Shown here piece after piece: positions 46,821-61,514 of a stretch of DNA of 64,000 nt. Below the pieces are notes generated by a model. That model searched no databases, was not told where the DNA came from, and saw nothing but the letters and a program-made list of their open reading frames with translations. The position numbers were made by a program, and so were the translations under genes. How positions within the stretch are numbered: position 1 is the first letter of the stretch; the number at the start of each line of letters is the position of its first letter. The DNA comes from Octopus sinensis (lineage: Eukaryota), in NCBI RefSeq assembly GCF_006345805.1, contig NC_043013.1:9114001-9178000 (forward strand), given 5' to 3'.

Positions 46821-48743
46821 AAAATATAAAATACTTTCAATGATTGAATTAAATGAATAGTAATTATTTTAGAATTGTCAAAACTGTCATTACAGGTAAC
46901 TATGGATACATTTGTCTTTACTACAAGAAAAAATATCTGGTCTAAAACCAGGTTTTTTTTTCTTTTACATCTATTGTTGTGGACAAGGTGTTTGATTAGA
47001 TCACATTTCTTGCTGTAGATTGGACATCCACGTGGGCATCAGATCAAACTATACATTTGTTTTCAGCTCCTTTGCAAAACATAATGTTGCTAGCCTTCAT
47101 TTACTCACCCTGTGCTGGTGGCATGTGTAAAAAGATTCGAGTGAGGTCGTTGCCAGTACCTCCTGACTGGCCCCCGTGCCGGTGGCGCGTAAAAAGCACC
47201 CACTACACTCTCGGAGTGGTTGGCATTAGGAAGGGCATCCAGCTGTAGAAATTCTACCAAATCAAGATTGGAGCCTGGTGCAGCCATCTGGTTCGCCAGC
47301 CCTCAGTCAAAATCGTCCAACCCTTGCTAGCATGGAAAGCGGACGTTAAACAATGATGATGATGATGATAAGTGATAGGCAATAGGAAATATTTTCAACT
47401 ATGAAAATAATTCTTGCAACAACACCACCACCACCATCATCATCATCATTTAACATCTGTTTTCCATGCTGGCATGGGTTGGACAGATTGACAGGAGCTG
47501 CCTGAGCTCCATATCTGTTTTGGCATGGTTTCTACAGCTGGATGCCCTAATACCAGCCACTTTACAAAGTGTAGTGGGTGCTTTTATGCAGCACTGGCAC
47601 AGGTATTTTTTCGTGGTACTAGTACAGGTGCTGTTTCCATGGCATCAGCACCCACAAGCCCTCAAGATTAGGAACACTCGGATGGAGAGGGATGCCGGGG
47701 GACATGCCTGTATGCAAAGACAACCACAATTTTACTCAACTTGACATGTCTTTTCAAGCACAGCGAACAGATGTCCACCAATTTATAAAAGTTAAACTGG
47801 AAACAAAATAGTGAATGTTATGACATGATAAATAAGAAGTCTAAAGTGTTATTGATGTTAGATATACCGTTAGATGAAAAAAATTGAAATTTGCGATCAC
47901 TCCTTATAACTGATTTCAGCTTTCCTCTATTCATGTGTCTTTGGTGACCTGATAAAAACAGGATTGGGTAGATATGAGGAGAGTTTCCGTTACATATACA
48001 ATGCAGTTGGTGTAAGAATTAGAATTGCTAAAATATAAGCCAATAATAGTGACTATCAGCTACTGATGAGTCACAGTAGCTAAGTATTGCAAAAAGGAAG
48101 TAGGTATACAAGATGTAGAATGGAATATCAGTTAGATCTCCAATTAACTTTTTTTTTTTTATATAATTAAATGTCATGACTGCTGATTGTTCTTTGATAA
48201 TGGTGACCTACTTAGGGATATTTGACCTAATTATCATAACTAGGTCAAACAGTTTGGCTTGGTTCCTATTTATGGCATTTTTCAAAGGCTTTATTGGATG
48301 CATGTTTTAATATGTGTTAGTAGGTCAGTGTAGTAAGAATAGAAATATAGGCAATTAAAACAAATAGCTGTCTGCTGGTAGAGAAATATCTGTGATTTGG
48401 TGGTTAAATAATGTGAACTTTATAGAGAAAAAGTGAATCCAGAAAATGTTGAAGTTCAGGAGACAAGAAAAGAAAGTCTTACAACTCGGTCTTTCAGATT
48501 TGAATTTGACCAAATATTTTTGTCTAGTTTGGCTTGGTTTCTATCGCTGGTTGCCTTACTTAATGCTAACCACTCCAAGAGTGTAGTGGGTGCCTTTTAC
48601 ATCACTGGCACTGGTTATAACGATTACACTTGGCTTGACGTGTCTTAAACACAGCAAGCTCAATCACTTGTCATCACCACCATGCATTATCTTGTAGCCT
48701 CAAGCTTTTGATATTGTGATTGTTTATTTTTACAATGACATTG

Positions 48744-49152
48744 GGATCTTTTCAGTTTGAACGGCAGTTTTTTCTAGCGGTGTCATATGAAATTGTCACC
48801 CATAATTATGACCCTAGAATCGATCTATTGCATTTCACTCTCTTTTAGGGTTAGGGATGGGGGAAGGGTATCTTTTTGTCTTCACAAATGTAAATAAACC
48901 GAATCTGTTTCTTAAACGAGGGACATATTCATACTGCACAGAATGCTTTTTAACTCAATAGACATTTGATTGGTTGAAATTGCAGAAATTGAAGAAAAAA
49001 ACAACAAATATCTTAAAAAAACTATAGAATTTTCTCAATAAAGCCAAGAGAAAAAGATGTTTTATAAACACATTCTACCAGTATACGAAGTTTAAAATTT
49101 TTTAGTTACCTAGAAATTATGTTAAAAACTGCTGTTCAAACCGAAAAGATCC
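48744..49152. mobile_element. Non-autonomous DNA transposon, GGATC termini, 8-bp TSD (copy 2)
   Basis: 29-bp TIR GGATCTTTTC(A/G)GTTTGAAC(G/A)GCAGTTTTT; exact TSD TGACATTG (48736-48743, 49153-49160). Confidence 0.9.
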
Positions 49153-50128
49153 TGACATTGTAATGTAGGTGTTGGGGGAGGTGCTGATCTGACCAGTTTT
49201 GAACATTAAAACATGTAGAATATTTTAGCTTGATTTCTTTTCTGCATTTTTTTTTTTTGGCTAGAGCCCCTAAGAAAGAATTATTCCATTCATCATGCAA
49301 ATTATAGAACTTTTTAACTATTTTTAAGTGGTTGCTATTTAACACAAGAGACTTAGGCCGCTCTGGAAATTTCTTCCTACTGTCAAACTTCAATGCAGAT
49401 TTAAAGCACACACTCTTCAGCATAGGTGCTATGGACATTGAAACACTGTATAAGTGCTGCTGCATTTTATTTGAGTATTATAAAGGCAAATGTGTGGCTG
49501 AGTGGTGAGAAGTTTGCTTCCCAGTCACTCGGTTTTGGGTTTTGGCCCAATGTGTGGTACCTTACGCAAATGCCTTCTATTATAGCCTGTTGTGCATGCA
49601 TATCATCATCATCATCGTTTAGCACCCGAATTCCATGCTAGCATGGGTTGGATGGTTCAACTGGGGTCTGGGAAGCCAGAAGGCTGCACCAGGCCCAGTC
49701 TGATTTGGCAATGTTTCTACAGCTGGATGCCCTTCCTAACGCCAACCACTCCGTGAGTGTAGTGGGTGCTTTTTATGTGCCACTGGCACAGGTGCCAGAC
49801 GAGGCCGGCAAACGGCCACGATCAGATGGTGCTTTTTTACGTGCCACCGGCATGGGAGCCAGGCGAGGCTGGCAATGGCCACGATCGGATGGTGCTTTTT
49901 ACGTGCCACCGGCACGAGGCCAGTCGGGGCAGTGCTGGCAATGGCCACGTTCGGATGGTATCACAGCTGCAATTTCCATTGATGTTGATCGATTTCGATT
50001 TTCATTTGCCTCATAAATATATATATATATATGTTGTTGTTGGCATCCTTTTTGTCTCGGGAGACAATGGAGTTGCGCATAAAATAGTCTAGTCCGGCTT
50101 TTACATTTCATGTCCTGATACATTATAT

Positions 50129-50170
<42 letters not shown>

Positions 50171-50309
50171 ATATATATATTATATATATTAGTTCAAATT
50201 TCAGGAGATGGGCTAAGTTGATCACATCAACCCCAGTAATCAAATGATATTTGTTGTCTAAGTATTTTAAATTACTGAGTAACAGTTAGTTTTGATAAAT
50301 TTTTAATTT

Positions 50310-50518
50310 TACTCTTTTACTTGTTTCAGTCATTTGACTGCGGCCATGCTGGAGCACCACCTTTAGATGAGCAAATCGACCCCAGGACTTATTCTTTGGA
50401 AGCCTAGTACTTATTCTATCATTTTCTTTTGCTGAACCGCTAAGTGACGGGGACGTAAATACACTAGCATCAGTTGTCAAGCAATGCTAGGGGGACAAAC
50501 ACAGACACACAAACATAT

Positions 50519-50557
<39 letters not shown>

Positions 50558-51015
50558 TACGATGGCCTTCTTTCAGTAAACACACCAGCATCAGTTGTCA
50601 AGCAATGTTGGGGGGACAGACACACAAACACACACACACAAGTTTATATATATATATACGATGAGCTTTTTTCAGTTTCCATCTACCAAATCCACTCACA
50701 AGGCTTTGGTTGTCCCAAGGTTATAGTAGAAGACACTTGCCCAAGGTGCCATGCAGTGGGAATGAACCTGGAACCATGTTTATATTTATATATGTATGTG
50801 TGTTTGCGTTTGTGTCTCCGACCCCTTACTGCTTGACAGCCGGTGTTGGTGTGATTACATTCCAGTAGCTTAGCGATTTGGCAAAAGAGACCAATAGAAT
50901 AAGTACTAGGCTTAAACAAAGATAAGTCCTGGATTTGATTTGTTTAACTAAAAACCCTTCAAGTGGGTGCTCCAGCATGGCCACTGTCAAATGACTGAAG
51001 CAAGTAAAAGAATAA
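50310..51015. mobile_element. SINE A (-) with internal tandem duplication, abutting an inverted SINE A 3' half (+)
   Basis: The segment TAAACACACCAGCATC..CTTTCAGT occurs twice within 50455-50680; 50790-51015 is complementary to 50310-50520. Confidence 0.8.
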
Positions 51016-51184
51016 GAAAATACTTACCTGTTGTAATCTGAATGGTAATTGGTTAAAAATTGGTTGAATATTTAGCTATAATCTCTGAAAATTATTAGTG
51101 ACAAATATTTATACTTCACAGTGTTTTTGTTCATAATTCTCTGTAATCATAATCAACCTTTTTTCTTTTTTTCTATATTTGCAG

Positions 51185-51254
51185 ACCTGATAATGTTGCC
51201 TATTTAATTGGCAAGAAGATACAGGAATATTTTGCAGATTCATGTATATTTATG
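51185..51254 (+). CDS. EMC8: EMC8/9 exon 3 (70 nt; PDNVAYLIGKKIQEYFADSCIFM)
   Basis: Long pyrimidine tract plus GCAG acceptor, GTTAGT donor; phase 2/0. Aligns with EMC8 [23 protein letters not shown]. Confidence 0.92.
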
Positions 51255-52052
51255 GTTAGTATATCATTTTATCACATTTTAAAAGGATTCTGCCACCCCC
51301 TTGTCCCCACAATCAAATAAATAGTTTGCTTGGCCAACCTATTTATTTGATTTTTCTTGAGTATTCACTCCTAAATTCCTTGAGCCGCCGACAACCTTCG
51401 AATGTCTAAACAAGAAGTTGTAGAAATTACGGCCTTTCTTCTTGGAGGAAGCTACCCTGTATCATTAAAAAGTACAAGTTAAGAGAGTTCTAATGGGAGA
51501 AAGCTTCAATGACCAGTGGGTGGTCTTTGCTAAGCAGGTAACTGGCAGCAGATAACTCAACTGTTTCCAGCTGTTGTTAGCATTTTGATTCTTGCCAAAA
51601 ATATCACATTTAATTTCACTGAATCCTTCGACATAGCTGTTTAACCCTTTCATTACCAACCCGGCCGAAACCGCCTCTGGCTCTGTTGTACAAATGTCTT
51701 GTTTTCAAAAGTTTTGAATTAAAATCTTCCACCAAACCTTAGTCACAATTTATGTTACTGACTCTAAGTTATTTTACTAAATTCTTTGTTTTACTTAAAA
51801 TAATTGAAAGAAACACAGAGCATCTCAAAATAAATACAGTAATGAAAGGAGTTAAATTGTTCTATAAGTAATGAATTATTCCTCTTCTATGGCACCTTTT
51901 CTCAGCTAGTGGAATGGGCTGTTGGAGATTTTTACTAATCTCGATCATGACCAAAACATGAACAATAGCTTCCTTAGTCACACAATTATCCACACTTTCC
52001 TATAAACAATAGCCTTTCAGGCAAAGCCACCAAATTCCCTGTTTATTTTATA

Positions 52053-52809
52053 CTAGCAGTATTGTCCGGCTTGTGCGTTCTATGCACGCGCGAATTAAGC
52101 TAAACTTGGATGGAGTTCAATCAAAATTCAATTATTTTGGTTTTAAAATCAAGCATTTAATGCCCTCTATTTCCTCAGTAGGAAGTATGTAGAAGCATTT
52201 CATAAATTTTTGTTGATCAAATAATTGCATTGTTGAATTATTCTTTTAGATCAGTATTTCTCAACAGGGATTTCAGGGGAGAGTTTCAGGGAGTCGCTGG
52301 CGATGTATCGTGATGATCTAAAATCCGGCCTGCTAAAAGTGATTCAAACTGCAGACTCAACGCAAAATGGTCACATTTAATTCAAAGCGTTAAAAATGTT
52401 ATGAAAACAATTGGTATGTGTTCACAAAGTCCAAACGATTAATACGAAAAAACCCTCCAGACTACATCCCGAAAATTCATTTCTTTGCCGAATTTCTACA
52501 ATGTTTTGTATCTTGATTTTTTATTTTTCATGCAATTTACGCATGCTTACACATGTGGTGAACACAGTTCATGTCAAACAGCTGACTGAGTAAAGTTCAC
52601 TATTCAATGCATGGGATAAGGCCTAAACAAACACATTATCGAGTTTTGCACTTGCGAGATGAATTTCGGAACAGAAATAGCGCAGTTCAATTTTCATTCG
52701 CCTAAACTTTAAGTGATCCATTTTTGGTGGTTCTATGATTTGTTGGCTAGGAGATGTACCGGGAAGTTAAACACACAGATACACACAAGTTGAGTTGTAT
52801 ATATATAGA
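52053..52809 (-). mobile_element. Non-autonomous Helitron
   Basis: Same 3' terminus (TACTAGCAGTAT on plus) and a TC 5' end in A|T context. Confidence 0.7.
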
Positions 52810-52981
52810 TCTCTACCTCTTCCTCCTAGACACACTTTACCACTTTATACTCAGGGCTGCTAAAGATCAACATGGTGAATTCATTTTGAAAATGCTTTGC
52901 TACCACATTGGACTCTAACCTTCACCAACTTTTGTAACATTTGGACAATATTTAATGTTTAATTTGTGTTCTATTTCATAG

Positions 52982-53073
52982 GTGAATAATAACAAAGTAT
53001 CACCTCAGTGTGTATCAGAAGCTTACAAAATTTATCTTTATAAAGACAACATGTGGAAAGAAGCTGACAAAAA
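52982..53073 (+). CDS. EMC8: EMC8/9 exon 4 (92 nt; VNNNKVSPQCVSEAYKIYLYKDNMWKEADK)
   Basis: TTTCATAG acceptor, GTAAGT donor; phase 0/2. Aligns with EMC8 VDNTKF...IHVYEHHENRWR. Confidence 0.9.
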
Positions 53074-56000
53074 GTAAGTGTTCCTTTCTGTTTCATCAAA
53101 GTTTGGAATCATCACTACATTTAAAATACACTACATGTAAAATATGTGCACATGAAGCTTGCTTCCCAACCACATGGTTTCAGGTTCAGTCCCTCTTCAT
53201 GATACCTTGGGCAAATGTCTGCTATCATAACCCTGGACCCACCAACAAAACCTTGTGAGTAGATTTGACGGTAAATGAAAACTGAAAGAAGCCTGTTGTG
53301 TCTATGTGTGTAAGGGACCCCCTTTGGTCATGAATACTAGCTTCCCATCTCCATGCCACTGATGTTATCCAAAGGCTGATACAGCTTGGCACCAGTGACG
53401 TTGCAACTAATTTCTACAGTTGAGTGAACTGGAGCAACATTGAATAAAGTGTCTTGCCAAAAACACAACACACAACCCGGCCCAGGAATCGAACTCACTA
53501 CCTCATGATTGTGAGCCTGACACTCTAACCACTGAGCCATGCCTCAGAAGTAAATGCACACTATTTTTGAAGGATTTGTTTCTGGAAACAAAATAATGTC
53601 ATTTGATGCATTGAAGTACTTAATCTAATATTCGGTTGACCTACTTTGTGCAAAATACATCAACATTGTTTGATGCACCAGGTAGTCTCCGCATAGATAA
53701 AGTAGTATAATGAATGATATCTGTCTATTTTAGAGTTATCTATGTGTGTGTGTGTGTGTATAAATGTATACCCATGTACGTGTGTATTACTTTATTTGGA
53801 AGCAGATAAGTCTTGGCAACAGGAATGTCATCAAGCTGTAGAAAAATCTGCTTCAGCAAATTCTATCTGACCCATGCAAGTGTGGAAAGGTAGATGTTAA
53901 ATGATGATGATGAGTACAAGTATAGAATGATATCTATTTTTCTATGTCCAAATGCAATATCATGATCATTTGTGATGAGATTTCTCTATCAGTGTATGAT
54001 CAATCCTGTTTACTTTTTTTTACATAAAATCTACTTCCTAACATTAAGTTGGATCAGTGCATGTAGAATACAGTAACACAACAAAATAACTGCTGTGAAT
54101 TTAATCTCGCATCCCTTGAGCTGTCAATTTAACCCTTCAGTATTCACATTATTCTGTTGAAAGCAATACTTATTTATTCACTTTGTTTTTTATTAATCAT
54201 GCTTTATCTTGTAGTTTTAAGATTTTGATGAAATAACTGTTAATTTTTAGAATAATATTGTAGGGCTGGTGCGAGAAGCTAGATCTAGACAATTTGAACA
54301 TAAAGCAAGTGGAATATTTTGGCCAGATGTGGCTGGTTTACAATGCTAAAGGGTTAAAATATCTTTCTATGTATCCAGAATTATCATTTAATGTCCATAT
54401 TCCATATTGGCATGGGTTGGACAGTTTGGCAGAATCTGAATGAAGGTGGCAAGCTGGCAGAAACGTTAGCACGCCGGGCGAAATGCTTTGTGGTATTTTA
54501 TCTGCTGTTACGTTCTGAGTTTGAATTCCGCCAAGGTCAATTTTGCCCTTCATCCTTTCGCGATCGATAAATTATGTACCAGTTACGCACTGGGGTCGTT
54601 GTAATCAACTTAATACCTTTGTCCTTGTTTAGCCCCTTGTGGACAATAAAGAAATAAGAATCTGACCTGTCTGAGGACTAAGTTAGCCCTCGTCTTTGCT
54701 TTGTACTTTCTAAAGCTGAATACAAGAGAAAATAGGGGTAAGGAAATTTGGAGTAGGCAATTTTACACAAATGTGAGAAGAGACTAACAGATGGGTAGTG
54801 GTGAAATTTTCTCTGATAGTATTTCCTTTTGCAAAAATTCTTTTTCATGGCTGTAAAGTGGCTGGTGTTAGGAAGGGCATCCAGCCAAAAAGACCATAAC
54901 AAATCAGACTGGAGCCTGGTGCAGCTCTGACCAAATTGACCAACCCATGCCATCCTGGAAAAGGGATGTGAAAGGATGATAACGATAGTTGAGTTTTAAG
55001 AAGTTTGCTTCCCAACCCCACGGCTCTGGGCTTAGTCCCACTGTGTGGCACCTTGGGCAAGTGTCTTCTACTGTAGCCCCAGGCTGAACAAAGCTTTGTG
55101 AGTGGATTTGGTGCATGAAACTGAAAGTAGTCCATTAAATGTTTGTGTGCATATTCTTGTCTCCTTATCTTAACATACATCATCATCATCATCGTTTAAC
55201 GTCCGCTTTCCATGCTAGCATGGGTTGGACGATTTTGACTGAGGGCTGATGAACCAGATGGCTGCACCAGGCTCCAGTCTTGATTTGGCAGAGTTTCTAC
55301 AGCTGGATGCCCTTCCTAACGCCAACCACTCCAAGAGTGTAGTGGGTGCTTTTACGTGCCACCGGCACGGGGGCCAGTCAGGCGGTACTGGCAACGACCT
55401 TGCTCGAATCCAGTACCGCCTGACTGGATTACACTAGCTGTAAATGAGTTTCAGTGTTGTAAAAGTGGTACCTGTCATTTCCAGTCACGTGAAAACATGT
55501 CCACCAAAGTGAAAATACCTTACTTGGAAACCAAGTGATGATTGGTGACAAGAAGGGCATCTGGCCATAGAAAATCTGTCTCAACAAATTGTCTGATCCA
55601 TGGAAAACTGGACTTGAAGGCAATGATGATATTGTGCTTTAAGTGCGTGATACATCTGGTTGTTATTTTTAGAAGATAAAGCAACCATATGGAGGCTTTC
55701 TCTCATGTGGATTTCATTATAGTCTTTGAAATTGTAATTAGCCATTAAAATTTTTGAGGCTCGTTTATATTAGCAGACAAAGTGTCTTGTATACTTGTTC
55801 TCACTGTTTAAGTTCTGAGTCCAAATCTCACTGAGGCCAACCTTGCTTTACATTGTTCTGGGGTTAATAAAATAAAACAATACAAGACAGTGGATTGGCA
55901 GAATTCTTTGAGCGTTGGATAAAATGATTTGCAGTATTTCTAACAGCTCTTTACATCCTGAGTACCCAAGCAGATATCGTGAACTTGTCCATACCTAGAC

Positions 56001-56277
56001 AACAAGTTGATGTCTTGTAAAAGAAAGATATTCAGAGGCAAGATGAAACCAATTTTGTATTTTCGATGTCAGACACATAGCAACTGTTAAGGACAGCACC
56101 AGGGGTTGTTTGCCAATAGGAAATTCGGGTCATGGTACCCTTTCGATTTTCTACAAAGTTCCCTCATGTTTGCCAAGATGTTCAGTAACATCTCATGCAG
56201 CATTTTTTTTTTAATGTCACCTTCATGTCTGTCGTCGTTATTAACACACTTCTAACTTTAGAATTGCTTTCTTGCAG

Positions 56278-56452
56278 ACAAACAGTTGAAGAAGAGACCC
56301 TTCTCACTGCATCCCAAGTACTGGAGACACCAGCAATATATCGCAAACTCATGGATTTTGATAACCACTTTGACGATATCAAAAATGATTGGCGAAATAT
56401 AGAGCTAAATGAAATATTAACTAACAAGGAAATTTTGAAGAATTATCTCTAG
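56278..56452 (+). CDS. EMC8: EMC8/9 exon 5 (terminal; ...YRKLMDFDNHFDDIKNDWRNIELN...)
   Basis: TTGCAG acceptor; DFDNHxDD..DW.N is the family C-terminal motif; TAG stop at 56452. Spliced CDS is 621 nt, 206 aa. Candidate AATAAA at 57542. Confidence 0.95.
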
Positions 56453-59400
56453 TATTTTTTATTTTTTACAGTCAGTGAGGAAAGAACTAATGCTTGCATC
56501 TGTGTGATTACATTATGAAAATGATATTGACAAAGTCTTACCAATTTTCAACTTTGGAATGAGTTCTTTCTGTTACATTATTTCAACCCCCAGCTCTCTC
56601 ATTTTGTTATTTTATCAGTCTTTAAAACAATCAGATGTTATTTCATCTCAACGCATTTTTATTTAATGTTTTTTTTTTCCTTTACTATTATTTTTCCACC
56701 AGAAACAAAAAAGGCAACATTTTACTTTTAAAAAAATTGAGAAAACGGATTATTCCTGTTTTATAATTTTTCCCAGTTCATTAATTAATTAATTATCTAT
56801 CATGAATTCTAATAATACAAATGGTATGGTTGTCTAAAATTAACGCCTGTGTTTTTATTTTATTTTCCTTTATTTATTTTTTTTTTTAAATGATTCTCAA
56901 ATGTTCCCAGTTTTAAGAGCAAGCTATTTAGAGCAGGAATGGTGACTTGAGATTTTAGTATTGCTGGCTAAATCAAAAGTCAACAAAAGAGGTGTCACTC
57001 TAGCCTTATATGAGTGTCTACTAAAAACCCTCCAAGATGAAACTTCTAAATTAACGAAAGAAAGAAAGAAAAAAAAAAACAATAATACCTCCTCACTTTG
57101 TACTGCTTCTTTATACTTTGTTTTTGTTTTTTTTTGTTATTATTATTATTATTATTATTTCATTTCATCAATGCAGTGTTTCTATATCTTTGATCTGTGA
57201 TCTGTGAAAGTCTGCCATTCACAAGTTCATTTTTGTTTTCTGTCTTTTGTTCTTTTAGTTAATAAGTCCATCAAGATAACTCTAATACAAAAAGAAAAAG
57301 AAGTTTTTTAATTACTCAGTGACTCTTGGTATACATTTTATATTTACAGCTATCAGGGTTTTTCCATAAACTGGACCTAAATTCTTATTTAATATTAATG
57401 CTTTGTGTTTATATATACATACATATTATATATATATATATATCATTGCTGTTATTAATTTATTGTCACACCACACAGATAAGGAGAAACTTCATTCACA
57501 TTATTTTAAATACACAGCTGTACTTTCTACTATTCAGAATGAATAAATAAATTGATATAATAATCAAACATATGTAGATAGTTGTGGTATTGGTTGATAT
57601 TTCCTTTGATTGCCAATAGTTTCAATAGAAATTATAACCAGCATAACAAGATACGGTGTCCCTACAGGTCATTAATATTTACGTACCAGCTTCCAGGAAT
57701 GTGTTTAATATGTAAAATTGGTGTATATCCAATAACGCTACGCCACTGTATTTTGTGGCTATTTAAGCAATGTGTTCATAGATGTTTTATAAATTGGATG
57801 GGAGTTGATAAAGGAGCAAAAACTCCTGAAATATGACATGTTATGCCTGTTACCCATTTTTCATCTTCAATCTCATTGTTGTTTGTGTCTGGCATCTTGA
57901 ACACAAAATTTCGTAATGAAATCAGTGCTGGCTATAATTTCTAAAGAAAATCTGTAAAGAAAACCGTGACAAATGATGTGATAGCACTGCTAACACAGTA
58001 TTGACTTACAAAAACATTTAATATACTCGATGACGGGCACGAGCACCATACGAGCGTGATCGTTGACAGAGCGGCTAACCGGCTTCTGTGCCAGTGGCAC
58101 ATAAAAGGCACTATTCGAGTGTGATCGTTACCGGCTTCGCCTTACTGGCACCTGTGCCCCGTGCTAGTAGGGTGCTAAGAGCACCATCCGAGTGTGATCG
58201 TTGCCAGAGTGGCTAACCGGCTTCCGTGCTGGTGGCATGTAGGAGGCACCATTTGAGCAGGATCGTTACCAGCATCGCTTTACTGGCACCTGTGCCGTTG
58301 GCATGTGTAAAAAGATTCGAGCAAGGTCGTTGCCAGTACTGCCTGACTGGCCCCTGTGCCGGTGGCATGTAAAAGCACCCAGTACACTCTCGGAGTTGTT
58401 GGCATTAGGAAGGACATCCAGCTGTAGAAACTCTGCCACATTTTGACTGGAGCCTGGTGCAGCCATCTGGTTCGCCAGCCCTCAGTCATACCGTCCAACC
58501 CATGCTAGCATGGAACGCGGTCGTTAAACGATGATGTAGTATAATAGGGTTGCATAAAATATGGTGTCCCTACCAGCTGCATAAAATATGGTGTCCCTAC
58601 CATGTCCTTGCATTCTAAACTGCGCACTTCTATTTTCACAAGACAGATCATTTGGCAATTTTAGTTTTACATTTTATATTGATCTTTAAAATTTATATTT
58701 GTTAAAAAGCGCACAGTTCCTTGTCAAGAATAATTTTTAAAACGGTCATTTGTGTGAGTAGATTTATGTATAAGACAACAATGAAGGAAGAGGAGGCAAG
58801 AAAGAGAAAAGGATTAATGTTGAGTATGACAGGGAGTAAGAAGGGACAGAGGAGAAACCTTAAAGGAGTCCATCATATATGTGTATTTGTGTGTTACTGT
58901 CTCCTTAATTTGGTATCACATGATAATTGTGGATGAGTGTCACTGTCATCCAAACGGTGCCCTTCATTTACGGTGTTCCATGAAAACGTACCTGATCATG
59001 GAGAGATATTACCTGACTTGGAAACAGGTGAGAGTTGATGACAGGAAGGGCATCCACCTGTAGAAAATCCACCTCAGCAACTTCTGTTCAACTCATGTGA
59101 GCATGAAAAAGGGGATGTCAAAATGATAACGATAGGTCAACAATGTAAGTATCCAAATTCATGGTAGACATTTGATGGATGTCAGGCCATTGTCATAGAA
59201 ATATCCAGGCATACAGGTAGAAGAGTGTACAATTGTAATCAATGATGATAAACAGTTTCATTGGTTCATGTGTTTAACCCTTCAGTATTTTAATTTACCA
59301 TATCTGGCCCAAATATTTTGTGTGTTTTATGCTCCAGTTGACCACATCAGGTCTTTCACACCTACCCTACAATGTCGTTCTCAAAATAGTCATACCAAAA

Positions 59401-61514
59401 TCTTGCAGCTATGAGATAATATATGAATTAATTCAAAGCAATGTGAATAAATAGTTGAGCAAATCAACCCCAGGACTTATTCTTTGTAAGCCTAGTACTT
59501 ATTCTATCAGTCTCTCTTGCCAAACCACTAAGTGGCGGGGATGTAAACACACCAGCATCAGTTGTTAAGCAATGCTGGGGGCACAAACACACACACACAA
59601 ACATATATATATGACGTGCTTCTTTCAGTTTCCGTCTACCAAATCCACTCACAAGGCTATAGTAGAAGACGCTTGCCCAAGGTTCCATGCAATGGGAATG
59701 AACCCGGAACCATGTGGTTGGTAAGTAAGCTACTTACCACACAGCCACTCCTGCACCTACTATTGAAGGAAGTGAAAGTATGTTAAAGGGATATGAACAG
59801 GTGTCTTGCTAAGGAAGAGAATATGGGGCTTCCCTATTTGGAAAGAGAGAAAGTGGGATATGGTGACAGTACTTTTGTGGTACAAAGTGAATATAAGAGG
59901 AAATAGAAAAACAGGAAGGATGACTGATTTATTAGTGATGATAATGCACACACCAACACATCTTGCATCTTTTTTTTATTTCTTTATTGCCCACAAGGGG
60001 CTAAACATAGAGGGGACAAACAAGGACAGACAAAGGGATTAAGTCGATTACATCTACCCCAGTGCATAACTGGTACTTAATTTATCAACCCCGAAAGGAT
60101 GAAAGATAAAGTCGACCTCAGTGGAATTTGAACTCAGAATGTAACAGCAGGCGAAATACTGCTAAGCATTTCGCCCGGCATGCTAACGTTTCTGTCAGCT
60201 CACTGCCATCTTTTTCTTGTTTCAGTTACTGGGGTGTGGCCATACTGGGGCACCACCTTGACAGGTTTAGTTGAACAAAACAGTACTTATTCTTTATTAA
60301 GCCTGATACCTCTGCTATTGGTCTCTTTTGCCAAACTACTAAATTACTGGATGTAAACAAACCAACATTGGTTTTTGAGCAGTGGTGGGACATGCATGCA
60401 CACACACACACACAAACATAAACAATAGGCTTTTTTCAGTTTCCATCTGCCAAATCCACTCGCAAATCTCTGATCAACCCACAACTTGTGGAAGATACTT
60501 GCCTAGAATCATGCGGTTGAAAAGCAAACTTCTTTCTAGCTAGACAGATTCTATACATTTGAAATTCATATAAAAATTCTCTTGCCTATAGTTTCTTCCA
60601 TCTAACCTAATACTCTACTTTTCAACACAACAATTAAAATAGCTTAAATAGATGTTAGCAGTTCCAGGTCTTATCAAGAAATATTTCATACCCTGACGTT
60701 TGAGGTTGTTTACTGGTGCCTGTGTCTACTTGAATAATGATAAGCAGCTTGTTTATCTCAAGTACCTGCTGTTCTCCCGTGACAGCTTCATAAGGTTGTC
60801 TATTCTCCAATTGTCTTCAACTAGCTTCTTTACATGGTAGTAGACAGGTCAGTACAAGAATAATTTTGTTATATATTCTACTTTATATTTGTGTTTCTGT
60901 ATTGGCAGATGATACAAAATAGAACTGGAGACAAATTGTAAATTTTATACAATGCAGAGGATATTGCTAAAATCTTGATAGTATCTGGGTAGTGAAACCA
61001 GTAACTAGATTAATTCAGTTGGCAGTGTGGACATCTTTAGACAAAGTCTGTAGATTGATATAGTGGTTAACATTAATCATGATAATAATAATGATTTGAA
61101 ATTTTAGTTTAAGGCCAGCAATTTCAGTAGAAGGAGTAAATTGGTTACATCAACCCCAGTACTCAGCTGATATTTTATATTAACCCCAAAAGGATGAATG
61201 GTGGAGCTGACCTTGACAGAATTTGAACTCAGAATGTGAAGACAGGCAGATTGCCACTAAGCATTGTGCCCAGTGTGCTAATGAGTTATTTCTTTATTGC
61301 CCACAAGGGGCTAAACATAGAGGAGACAGACAAAGGGATTAAATCGATTACATCGACCTCAGTGCGTAACTGGTATTTAATTTATTGACCCCGAAAGGAT
61401 GAAAGGCAAAGTCAACCTCGGCGGAATTTGAACTCAGAACATAACGGCAGACAAAATACCACTAAGCATTTTGTCCGGCGTGCTAACGATTCTGCCAGCT
61501 CACTGCTCTAATCA

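Noticed and set aside
58556-58602. Short tandem duplication TGCATAAAATATGGTGTCCCTACC
   Set aside because: Local slippage, probably within an old DNA transposon remnant; no further structure supportable.
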